From Gnetum montanum (Eukaryota > Plantae > Gnetophyta), in the NCBI GenBank assembly GCA_015680685.1, contig MNCI01000867.1:47059-109260 (forward strand): a stretch of DNA of 62,202 bases, written 5' to 3'. Each line of letters starts with the position of its first letter. Position 1 is the stretch's first letter. Shown piece by piece: positions 11,501 through 23,500 of this stretch. Under the pieces are notes generated by a model. It saw only the letters and a list, made by a program, of their open reading frames with translations, was not told the origin of the DNA and ran no database searches. The translations under genes were made by a program, and so were the position numbers.

Positions 11501-14500
11501 TCCTATAAGAGAATTACCTGATCTTACCTGATCTTGCAGGACATGTCCCTGCACAAAACTTGTTTGATTCTCCCCCACCAGCTTCAGCATTAACGGAGTA
11601 AGCCGTTGAACAAGCAATTTAGTGAAAAGCCGCAGAATGTATTACATACCCCAATTGGCTAGAAATGCGCTGGCAAAGTGGGGTTAGGCACCTTTGGGAT
11701 GACGAAAATTTGCGAGCAACTTATCTCCCTACAAACCTGCTACCACCATAAGATGTTGTTGAAAGCATCCAACAGGTTTTTCCCAATAATATCCACAAAT
11801 TCTCGAAAGAATTCTATGGGCCATCCATCAAGCCCCGATGCCTTGTTTGCCCTCCATCATCGTTCCCAACCCTTATCATGTGAAAGGTCGTAGCAATGCC
11901 TAGTTCTCAACATCGCCAAGAACTCTCTGGATAGGGATTGAGATCAGTCTTGTGTTTTTCCTCCACCAGATACCTACCCAGTAATGCTACACCACCTCCA
12001 CAAGCTGCTCCCCACCCCCTAGCACTACCCCTTTCTACAAAAGCTGTAGCTTTTTCTTTACCTACCCACACCCCTTGGTAGAGGCAAAGAAGAAATGCAT
12101 ATTTCGATCCCCCTCTCGTAGCCAAGTAATGTGTGCCCTTTGTCTCCAATATTTCTCCTCCTCCAATGCCAAATCCTGCACCTCCCCTAGCAACTCCTAC
12201 TCCTCCACAGCCAAGTTAGCCCCATTTTCCTACCTCATTTGGATCTCCCCGAGGCATGCCTGCAACTAGGTTCAATAAGTCCTGAAACTGTATTTATCCT
12301 CCGACACTCTAGCTTGTATCCTTTATCTGAGTAGCCACAACCCCTATTTCAAGAATTCTCTAGGTTCTAGGTCTCGAATATCCTTGCTAGATGTCCTCAA
12401 CCATTGGTCTCAGCCACACCTTAGATAGCCACGTTCTCTCAAAACGAAATGGCCTAGGAGCCATTCCTTGGCCACTGTGGAAATGGCAAATAATCGACTA
12501 GTGGTCTGATGCTTGTCACTTCTTTCCCCACACACCTGGATGTCGAACCCCAGCACCATCCTCGTACTAACCCAGACCCGATCAATCCGCGACTGCACCT
12601 AATCTTTGCCACTCCTCCTGCTATTGCACATAAATTTACAACCCTCAACATCCATGTCCACCAAGTCATGGTCCCTCAGGAAAGCGACACATCCCCCCCC
12701 CCCCCCCCCCCCCCAAAAAGAGATCTGCACTAACCCCTCTTGTCTTCTCCCATAGGTATAATCGTTGATTAAAGTCTCCGATCCGGATCCATCTTTCTTT
12801 GTCAAGGATCACTTGCACTACGTGCCGCAATTCTTCTAGGTGAATCTCCCAATTCTAGGCACCGTAAACGTTCGTCAACTAGATGTTCTCCTAAACCACA
12901 TGAACCATCTGACTCCAACATGAGTCATCAATCTATGTCAGTAGAAACTAGGAAAGTATGGCCAGCCTGCCAACTTGGCCTATGCATTGAACCACCTACA
13001 AGTTCCAACCATCCCACTACAAGAATCTAGATTCCAACAATTGCAGCTTTGTTTCCTACAAACATACTACATCACAGCCTTCACTCTGTACAATCATTTT
13101 CAGGGTATTTCATTTGTAGGGAGTACCCTGCCCCCTACAATTCCAGGAGAGTATCTTCATGGTTGACTAGAGGACCATTTTTGGTAAACCTCCTTCAAGG
13201 TCTTTTAAAATCCCAAGTTGATGTCCAACTGGGTTTGTTTCCTCTAGGCCACTAGCATACCAAGATGCCTAGCTCTCCCACTCTTAGGTGAGACTAGGAT
13301 GGCCCCCATCATAGCGTTTGCAATTTGTTGGCGGGGCATGACTATGTCTTGCATTCGAGGCTTGGAAGACACCCTTGCAATAGAAACCCAACTTCCAAAA
13401 GGTAGGAGCTCACTGCTCTACTTCTCTAGTTCAATCGTTGGCTTCTTCCCCTTATCCAAATCCCCCACTGACTCAAAAATGACATGCCCATTTGTAACCC
13501 GAAACCAACTTGCATCTTCCTACTGTGTTGTTCTTTGTTTTTCTAGTTGTCTAACCTTGGGTCAAACCATACAATCCGTAGCTAAATGACCTTTCATCCT
13601 ACAAATGGAGCAGCCCAACATCTTATTTGGTGTGGGCTTGGGTTCCCTGATGTTTTCATACTCGATGCAGATCTTTTCCTCGCCAAAGGGGAGATCCAAG
13701 ATAACTTCATTCACTAAATCCTTGAATGATAACGGTTGTCAAACACAGAAACATGCAAAACCCATGCACTCCATTGAGTGTGTCAATTGGTCAAGCATAA
13801 TAAAATCACCAAAGAAACCCGCTAGGGTTTCCAAAAAGTCATGTGTCCACATTTCTCATGGGATGCCCCAAGTTCATATCCACACTTGCGCCCTGACAAA
13901 CAAATCCTCATGTTTGTGTGCTCCTGGCCTCCATGGTGCTAGAGCAAGGCAATTGGCCCTGTAGAACCAGGGTCCCTCAACCAGAACTCTATCTTGTGCC
14001 TCCGCAAAGCTAAGGATAAAAAGCAAGAAGTCTTCCAACAACTAGCAAACCCCAATATTTGTCAAGCCCCACATGGTTTGTGCCGACTTCATCACCAAGT
14101 CCAGTCTGGGCCTCACCCCACTATAGACAAACTTTCCAATGAGACTGAGCTCTATCGTTTTCACCCCATCATCAGGGGGCCCGCTCACTCGGAGCCACAT
14201 ACTCCCCTCCTACCTGGAACAGGCCTCAATGCTCCCTGCACCTAGCCTCCAACCCAAGCCGCCATAACCCACTGTTACCGAACCTCCTCCTTCACTCTAG
14301 ATTGAGCTACTAGTGCAACCCACCACCATCTAACCGGCTCCACCACCAGCCACATCATTGCCAACACCTCCGCCCACTCCAATCTCCAATCCCACCCATG
14401 CTCCCACCCCCATACCCACTCCCATTCCCTCATTGCAAGCAACATGACTAGTTAGCCCATCATGTGGTACTTGTTTCATAGGTGTAAAATTACATATCTA

Positions 14501-17500
14501 GATCTACATTAGAATCCACAATGCATGGCACAACATCATTTATTTGAAGATGGAAATATGGATTTTAAAATTACAGATGAATGATGTTACTAGCAATGTC
14601 AAAAATTATAAAAATATGTTTTTTTAAGGATTTGAGAGAAATCAAAACCATTATGGTGTTCTATACATGCTTGAACAACCTTGTACCATTCCCCTTTAAA
14701 GATATCCTTATAAGAACTCTGCACCTACTTTCCATGGATGTTTTTATGAGGCATCCAATGACAATTTTGTCTCTTTTGTAAGCCTTGGATGCATGGAAGT
14801 CAAGATGGCACACTTTGTGTATAGTCTAAGCTAGTGTTCAGCAAGTTGTGTCAGGCAATCTAGGCACACACAATTGTGTTCTTTTCTCCTTTCCACTTTT
14901 CATTATCAAAACCATGTCCCAACATTTCTCGAAGCTTTTAGAGCTCTTTCAAAATTGGGGAAGTTGATTGGGACATGTATCCTCAATCCTAGATTCATCT
15001 AGAGGTGAAATCAAGTTTCAGTCTATTGTGGGGTTGTGCATCCCTTGTGCTTACTCCCTAGAGCTATCGCCCCTTGTGCTAGCTTCCAAGCACCAACACA
15101 CATGCCTTACCATTCTAACAAAATTTCACTAGAAAAGTGACCAAAAACTGATCATATGCCAAAACTATAAATACCAAAGTTTGGAGTTCATTTTGAACTT
15201 TTGATTTCCAGTTGTTTTTAGTTTTTAGTTTTTTCTTTTTTCTTTTTTCTTTTTGTTGTGTTTTTAATCATTATTTCACCATGTGGCATAAGACTCTATT
15301 GAAGGGCTACTATATTTTTGAAGCCCTAAACCATTTGGTCGACATGGAGTCAAGTGTTTGTGCAGTGAATAAAGTCCACAATTTCCCTTTTATTTTCCAG
15401 CATGTGTGTGCCTATAAACACAAAATAGCAAAAATACAAGTTTAATTATCTATCATTATTTAATTATTTATTTATTTTAATTAATTAGTTAAGAGTGTGG
15501 AGCTAACAATGGTTCAACCTAGCCCAAGGAGGCTATGTCTATACAAAATGGTGTTGGGTAATTAAAGACATAATTGAGAAGACATTTATTGCTTTCGTGT
15601 GATTGTGTTTGATGAAGTGTCATTTAGTAAATGCGTCGACTGAGCTACGTATACGGGGCTGCGTATACGCAACTGCGTTGATGCGGGCCCATCGACGTAG
15701 CCACCCTGCGTCGACGTGGTGGCCCCGTTTACGCAACCACCTTTCCCGGCCTATAAATAAGAGGGCCTTCCGCCTCATTTAGGCATCTTTTTGAGTAGTT
15801 GTAGCGAAGCTCTTGTAATTTGTTCTCGCAGGAGATAGAATATTTTCCAAGTGCCCGCAGCAGGTGTAAGAAAAGTGATCGGCTCTTTATTCGAGCGTTG
15901 ATGTATCTGAGCCCATTGGCGTGACGGCAATAAAGATGAACTCTTCAAGCATTCCTTGCAGCATTTGGACTTAGTTATTTCATGCATTCAATAGTTTAAT
16001 ATGTTTATGCTTTATTAGTTACTTGTTAATTACTTAAGTTTTCGTTATTAGAATTTCCATCGCTATTGTTCATTCATAGTTCGTTAAGGCCATAAGTACG
16101 ATCATCTCAAACGTAACCCCAAACACTTGGTAAGCCTAGTGACGCTTAACGTCTGGTAACCCAATGTTAGGAGATGCTCAGAACGTGCTCGGAAGATGGG
16201 ACCGGATACTTATGTTAGGAGTAGTTAAGATTTAGATTAAGATAATTTTATATTAATTAATATTCTATCCTTATTTTCCAAGATAATTAGTTGCCGAAAA
16301 GATAATTAAAAAGATATAAAAATCATTAGCCTTAGTCTCACTTAACCATCGTAAACAGAACGTCACAAGTGAGATTAGGATGACAACGACCGTTCTAACC
16401 CAAGGTTTCACTGGTTAGAAGTCTGGTATATGTTAAGTGCTTACAGTCTGCAGATTTCGACCGAGTCGCACGTGAACACTTGTGATTCATATGGTTGGGC
16501 GTAGGGGTACCTAGCCCCTCATCATTGGCGTCGTTGCCGGGGACTATTAGTCTTACATGCATCATCTGACCTTAGTGAAATTATCATTTAAGTTGTTGGA
16601 ACGGACCCAGGGTAGAAATATTTACGCACGCTAGGCGAATTCAAGTAAATCACAAGGTACACCGATTATATGGACCATCTAACGTCCAATATGTCTTCTC
16701 ACAGGAGAGATGTATTCGAACCGCCGATGCCACAAGAATGTCGGGTGGTGTACAAACATCCCGATGAATATGTCCCTGATTTCACATTCATCCTACATCA
16801 AGATGAGCATCTCCGATGGCGGGACATGGAGGGTAGCATCGTGCTACCGCCTGACCAAGCGGCTCCTGCGATGCTATATCACAATTTGGGCAGATTGGGC
16901 ATCCAGGAGCGGGTGGCAGAGTATGTCATGGATGACCATGACTACCGGGACTATCATCCCACGGAGGCTCAACAGACAAGAGATCAACAGCAAGCAAAGA
17001 GATATGAACAACAGAAGGGGAAGCAATTCAGCAACCCCTTATTCTCGCAAGGGCCGCAAGATGATGGGGATCCCGTTTTTCATGATACCTATTCGACCAA
17101 ACTTCCCCTAGGGCAGCAATTCATCCAGTCAATCATTCAAAACAAACCTCCAAGTGACCACGATCCTCAAGTGGATGGAGGGTCACGCAGCAAGGCTGGG
17201 CTGGATGATTGAGGCCGTCATCAGGGTAGATGGGGAGATGGCCACCGAAGCGGTGGCAATGCCTCTCCTTCTTCTTCGTCCTCCCCCTCTCCTGCGCCTT
17301 CCTCCAGCTCAGGCTCTAAGCGTAACAGGGAAAGGTTGGAGCGAAAGGACGATGGTAAATAGGTTCGGAAGGGGCAACGTGAGGAAGCACGCGACCAATC
17401 GCGTGATGCTCGCCAGCATGAAAGGAGGGGTAGCTGGAATTGTCATAGATGTCATGGTCCCCAACAGGACTATGATTCAGATGAGCCGTTGTTAGCTACT

Positions 17501-20500
17501 CGGAGCATGCTCCAGATTACAGAGGCAGTTCACATTTCAAGTAGGCACATAAAGGATAGTCGGATCAAGCGAGTTGATATGAACAACATCCCCAGATTTG
17601 AAGGGGGATACAACTATGATCCGCAGACCCACCTGCAGGCGTTCCATGACTCCTGCACCCTGCAAAACATTGATAATGATTGGCAACGGTTGAAGCTGTT
17701 CCCTCACACACTCATCAAAGAAGCTGAAAATTGGTACCAGTCCTTGGAGCCGGAATCAATCAGAAGATGGAGTACGATGCTTGAAATCTTCAATGACAAA
17801 TATCAAACGTACTCTAAAGTGGCGAATCTGAGACGGCAAATCCAAAGTTGGAAACAAGGAAATCATGAACCCTTGGATGCCACCATGAGCAGGTATTACT
17901 CATTGTTACATCGGTGCCCTGGTCATGGTTACTCTCAGCAGGCACAACTTCGCCACGTCATTGATGGGCTCCGTTTTGAAACGCGAAATACCCTGGGTGT
18001 GTACGCCAAGGGACGATTGTCGGAGCTAAGGGTCCATCAGTTGCAGCGCCTCATTGAGCAAGTGGCCAAGGAAGAAGGAGAACTTAGGAAAAAGGAGAGT
18101 GCATAAGAATTCAACCGGGACCCTTCTCTCCGAAAGAGGGAGGTCCGATTTTGTGATGAGGAGGATGAGTCACCACTGGAAGCAGCAGTGAATAGGAAGA
18201 CTTTGCCGTTACAAAAGTTCACATCTAAAATATCGGCAAAGGTGGATAAAATGTGGGACTCTTTGACGAGAGATTCCAAAGTGTATTGAAAATTGCAGAA
18301 GAGTCCAAAGAACAAGGTAGCGACCGTGATTGGCACAAGAAGAAGGGAGCTGAACGCGCCCAACATAAGGGTAAGGGAAAAGTTGTTGTAGCAAAGCAGG
18401 TTGCAGACTTTGACACCAAGGAGGACGATAAATGTGGCATATGCCAATATGAACATCCTAAGGGATGTTGTCCTGTGATGTCCCACCTTCAAGAGTCTGG
18501 GGTGTATGCCTTGAACCCTCGTTTGGCGCAACAGCAAACACCCCAAAGGTTGCCTTATCCACAAGGCAACCCTAGGTGATTCCACCAGCAACAGTAAGGA
18601 TATTATCCAAGTGGAACGCCCCCGCAACCGTATGAATACTTCCAACAGTGGCAGCAACCACAAGCGTGGGGGATGCCACCTCCAAGGCAGCAATACCCTT
18701 ACAAGCAGTCAGATCCTTATGGGTATTATGTTCAACGGCCTTTCCCAGTTACTACCACCCCCCTGAATATTTTCAACATCCATCTCCATCACCCAGGGGG
18801 GCAAACCCACATCTCTTCTACCCTCCATCACCTTTTTCTACCACTCCTCCACACCATCCCACTCAGTTGCCACCCACTCCATCAATGCAGGGAGAAATAC
18901 CGCCACAGCCACAGCAACGAAACGCTACGAGGGCTATTAACTTACAACCAGCACCTCGACCGAGTGGACCGGAACCCAAGCCGTGCAAACATCCTTTTTT
19001 CCGGCCCAATAATCTGAACACACCCTCACCTATGCCTATGGCCAATGCCTCTGAACCTACCAACGCCTCCAACATCATACCGCCCGAGCAATCCTCCGTT
19101 CCGTCGCACTCCAACGTCCAGACAATCATGCTCACACATGTCGCGACCGACTGGATCAAAGCAGGTTCTCTTCCCCAAAAATTAACAAATCCGGGAAGCC
19201 CCCTAATCTATCTTCAGGTGGCAGGGAATGAGCGGTGCAAAGCTCTTCTAGATTTAGGGTCAGGGGTTAATTTGATCTCTCACGATATGTACAAGAATTG
19301 AAACCTGCCCCCGCTAAAGAAGAGCAACATCCAGCTCGAGTTAGCAGACCAGTCCATCACCGTTCCCTTGGGTTTGGTGGAGGACATTGTGACCACCGTT
19401 TGTGGGTGATCCTACCCTGCTGATTTCCTGGTCATCCATGTAGAGAACTGTAAGGGGAACTTCCCAATCATCATGGGAAGAGCCTGGCTAAGCACGGTGG
19501 ACGCACGACTAGGACTCTGACATCTGTCCCTGGAAATTTCAAAGGAAAATCCTTTCGGGAAGATCGAGAAGAAAAGAGTTTCATGCATCATGTACAATGA
19601 CTCAGGGTGCAACTATGTGCAACAGTTATGGTCCGCTAAGCAAATATCCATTCAAGCATGCAATCAGTGTACCGAGGAATCACCTATTCAACAGTGCCTA
19701 TACGCAGCAGCCACTAACCAAGAGGGCACCCAGTGGCTGACAGCTGATCCTAATAGCAGCACATTGTGCATGGAACTGTCTGAGGGGCTAGTGCAAGCCT
19801 ATGTTGACAGCATGGATGAGATGGAGGAGATTCATCAACAGATTTCCACTGTTGATGACCAAGATGACTGGGGAATGCTACAAATCCCTAAGAGCTTTAA
19901 ACAAGAGCCCCTGGAGCTAAAATCTTTACCGGCTCACTTGGAATACGCATTCTTGCAAAATGGCAAGCCGGTAATAATCAATGTTGCCCTTGTTCCTGAA
20001 CAGAAACAGAAATTGCTGGTGATGGTAAACAAATGGGTTGCTGCATTTGCATGGTCATATCCTGAGTTGACTAGAGTTGATCCCAGGGTCTACCAGCACC
20101 GGATCTATCTTGACCCTTCCATGAAGCCAACAATAGCCACAAAGACGGTTGAATCCCAAATTAAAGCAAATTGTAAAAGATCAAATTGAACAATTGTTCA
20201 AGGCAGGATTCATCTATTCTGTCGCCGATAGCAAATGGGTTAGCTCACTCGTTATCGTACCCAAGAAAGGTGGCAAGTGGAGGATCTATATTGATTTCCG
20301 GTTGCTCAACATGGCGACCTTCAAGGACCACTTTCCGCTCCCATTTGTGGACCAAGTGTTGGACACCATCGCAGGACACCGATATTACAATTTTTTGGAT
20401 GATTATAGTGGTTATAACCAAATCCAAATAGCACCAAAGGACCAGGCCAAAACTACCTTCACGAGTCCATGGGGGACTTTTGCATATAAGAAGATGCCCT

Positions 20501-23500
20501 TTGGCCTGTGCAATGCGCCTACAACATTCCAACGCCTCATCCTAAGCATCTTCCAGCAACAAATCGGCAATGGTGTAGAAGTCTTCATGGATGACTTCTC
20601 CACCTATGGGGCCACGTTCGAGCAAGCCTTGGACCGTCTAAAGCAGGTTCTAAAGCGATGTGTAGACACCAATCTGCGACTCAATTGGCAAAAGAGCCAT
20701 TTGATGGTCCAAGAGAGCATTGTGCTGGTGCATCGCATCTCATCAACAAGGATCAACATAGACCCTGAAAAGATCAGGTTCATCCAAGGAATAACCCGCC
20801 AACCAAGTACCGTCAAAGATGTGTGATCATTCCTTGGACACACTGGTTACTACCAACATTTCATAGAGCGCTTCTCAAAGATAGTCAGGCCGTTGGTAGA
20901 ACTTACAAAGAAGGACGTTCCGTTCATTTGGACCAAGGAATGCGAGTCTGCATTCCAAGCGCTGAAACAGAAACTCGTAGAAGCTCCGGTTCTACGGGCA
21001 CCTGATTGGTCCAGACCTTTTCACATTATGACAGATGCCTTCAACTACGCCTTGGGAGCCGTGCTTACACAGTGTAACAATCAGAAACGTCCATATTATA
21101 TCCACTGTGCAAGTCGTAGCATTGTGGGTGCACAGCTGAACTATACCACCACCGAGAAGGAATTGATGGCGGTGGTGTTTGCATTAGACAAATTCCAACA
21201 CTATGTGCTCGGATACGAGGATTTTGTGCACACTGACCACGGTGCTATTCGGTTCCTGATGAACAAATCAGCGGTGAGCCCTCGTATAATCCAGTGGCTG
21301 GTGATTCTTCAGGAGTTTGATCTTACCANAACCACGGTGCTATTCGGTTCCTGATGAACAAATCAGCGGTGAGCCCTCGTATAATCCGGTGGCTGGTGAT
21401 TCTTCAGGAGTTTGATCTTACCATGGTAGATCAAAAGGGGACCAAGAATGTGGTTGCTGACCACTTGTCTCGGGTACAATGGGATGACGCAGAAGAGGAG
21501 GAGCCCTTATCCGATCAGTTTCCAGATGAACTCCTCTTCACAGGCGCCGTTGATCCTCAAGCACCCAAGGAATCCCCTTGGTTCAATCGCATCCTCACCT
21601 ATCTTACAACTCAGGAGCTGCCAAAGGAATGAAACCATCGGCAGAAACAACAATTTCTCCATAAGGCCAAGCGTTTCATGGAAATCAACGGCCACCTCTA
21701 CAACGTGTGCGCAGACGGCTTGGTTCAATGGTGTGTCCCTAATGATGATACACTACGCGTCCTCCAAGATGCTCACGAGGGCCCTTGTGGGGGCCACTAT
21801 GCTGGACACCGAACGGCCATTAAAATCCTGCTTGCAAGGTATTACTAGCCTACACTTTTCAGGGACACACAATGGTTTGCCCGCTCCTGCGAACGATGCC
21901 AAAGAGATGGTGGGATGTCGGCCCGATTGGAGGGACCTCAACAGTGGATCTAGCCACTGGAGCCCTTTGACATCTGGGGTATCGACTTCATGGGGCCCAT
22001 CATCCCTTTGCCAAACGGGAAGGCATACATCATCGTCGCTGTGGACTACTGTACAAAGTGGGCAGAAGCGGCGGCCGTCATCGACTGTTCTTCCAACACC
22101 GCCGCACGATTTGTCTAGCAACAAATCGTTACCAGGTTTGGAGTGCCACGTGCACTCATTTCTGACAATGGGACTCACTTCACGGCTGTCACTTTTCGAA
22201 AACTCATGCAACACTTAGGGGTAACACATAAATTTACAACACCCTATCACCCCCAAGCCATTGGGCAAGCCGAAGTCACCAATAGGGAGATCACCAAGAT
22301 CCTTACCCGAACCATTAGCAAATACAGGAGGGATTGGAGTACCAAGCTCAACGATGCCCTATGGGCCTATCGCTCCACTTGGAAACTTCCTGTAGGGTAC
22401 TCTCCCTATGAGTTAGTGTACGGAAAGTTTGCCAACACTTCCAATCCAAGCAAAACTCCAGACACTATCCACAGCCAGTGACCTTGGCCTTGACCTATCG
22501 CTAGCACAACGTGAACGATTAATCAATTTAAGTGTGCTAGATAAGAACCGATTAGTGGCCCTATTTTCAAATGAAACCTACAAGGCCTCTAACAAGACAT
22601 GACATGATCTTAGGATTCGAAAGGTCACATTTCAATGTGGAGACAAGGCATTGTATTGGAACCCCTCACATGTATCCCAACCAACAAAGTTTCAAACACT
22701 ATGGGAGGGACCTTATATTGTCTCCGAAACCTTCCCATCTAGGGCCTTGCTCATCCACAAACCTGGGGACCCACCAGAACATAGTTAGTCAACTGCCAAC
22801 AATTAAAACCTTTCCATGAACTCCACACAACCAGTGCCACCGCCTCGTCATCAGCCGGTCATCCTCGTTCCATTTTTCATGTCTCCTCCTTTCCACCCAG
22901 TCATAGGGGAGACCATCATCCCTGCAGATCCATTCCCTACTCCCCTCACTGTTTTATCATTTTTTGTTTTATAATTTTTTGCTTTACACTTCTTTGTTTT
23001 ATCATTTTTTGTTTTACAATTTTTTTGTTTTACACTTTTTTGTTTTCCACTTATTGTTTTACACTTTTTTGTCTTTCACCATCGTTCATACGTTTGCACA
23101 GTCTTTGCACATCTTTTCATTTTCTTAAATTATTTTTCGTTTTTTGTACCTGTCTATTTTTTCGCATAATGGCAGACGTCGTCGTATTGTCTTCAGACAT
23201 TTGGCACAGTTGGTTTTCGTTACAATGGGTATTGTCATAGTCTTCCTCGTTATCTAGCTCCCGCCATTACATGGTTGTCCTTGGATTTTACATTGTTTTC
23301 ACTTCATAAACTCGACAATGAGTCCACGTCATTCACCCATTCACCATTCCATGGTTTTCCTTTTGTTGTGCACATGCAACCCCTTTACTTAAAAACATTT
23401 TAACTAATGTGTGACTTGTGTAGTTCCCAGACTAAGGGATGACCCAATGGTTTGCATCGGGTGTGACTTCAAGGGGAATGCTTTATTCGTTGTTTTGTTC

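Larger units (their letters stand above)
8608..14450 (-). mobile_element. L1-clade LINE (LINE-B), near full length, decayed
   Basis: ORF1 with [14 protein letters not shown] knuckle (~13575-13615). ORF2 starts [12 protein letters not shown] at 13160, then [19 protein letters not shown] (11149-11160) and zf-RVT CPMC...HFIYHCP (9966-10373). The 3' UTR has AATAAA at 8626-8631. Boundaries approximate; no TSD seen. Confidence 0.93.

Noticed and set aside
12693-12714. Long poly-C run as a G-quadruplex element
   Set aside because: Homopolymer expansion inside a dead endonuclease domain, absent from the other two LINEs.
420-14245. Many plus-strand ORFs of 60-120 aa
   Set aside because: Mostly antisense shadows of minus-strand LINE coding sequence, with no independent protein features.
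14914-14977. Hairpin CATGTCCCAA/TTGGGACATG as a miRNA precursor
   Set aside because: Only 10 perfect pairs with an irregular interior, inside a TE relic; no 21-nt duplex.
21236-21423. 93-bp tandem duplication in RNase H (21236-21328 and 21331-21423)
   Set aside because: The copies are separated by an 'n' (21329) and differ at one base; this is typical of unmerged overlapping contig ends, so it is likely an assembly artefact.
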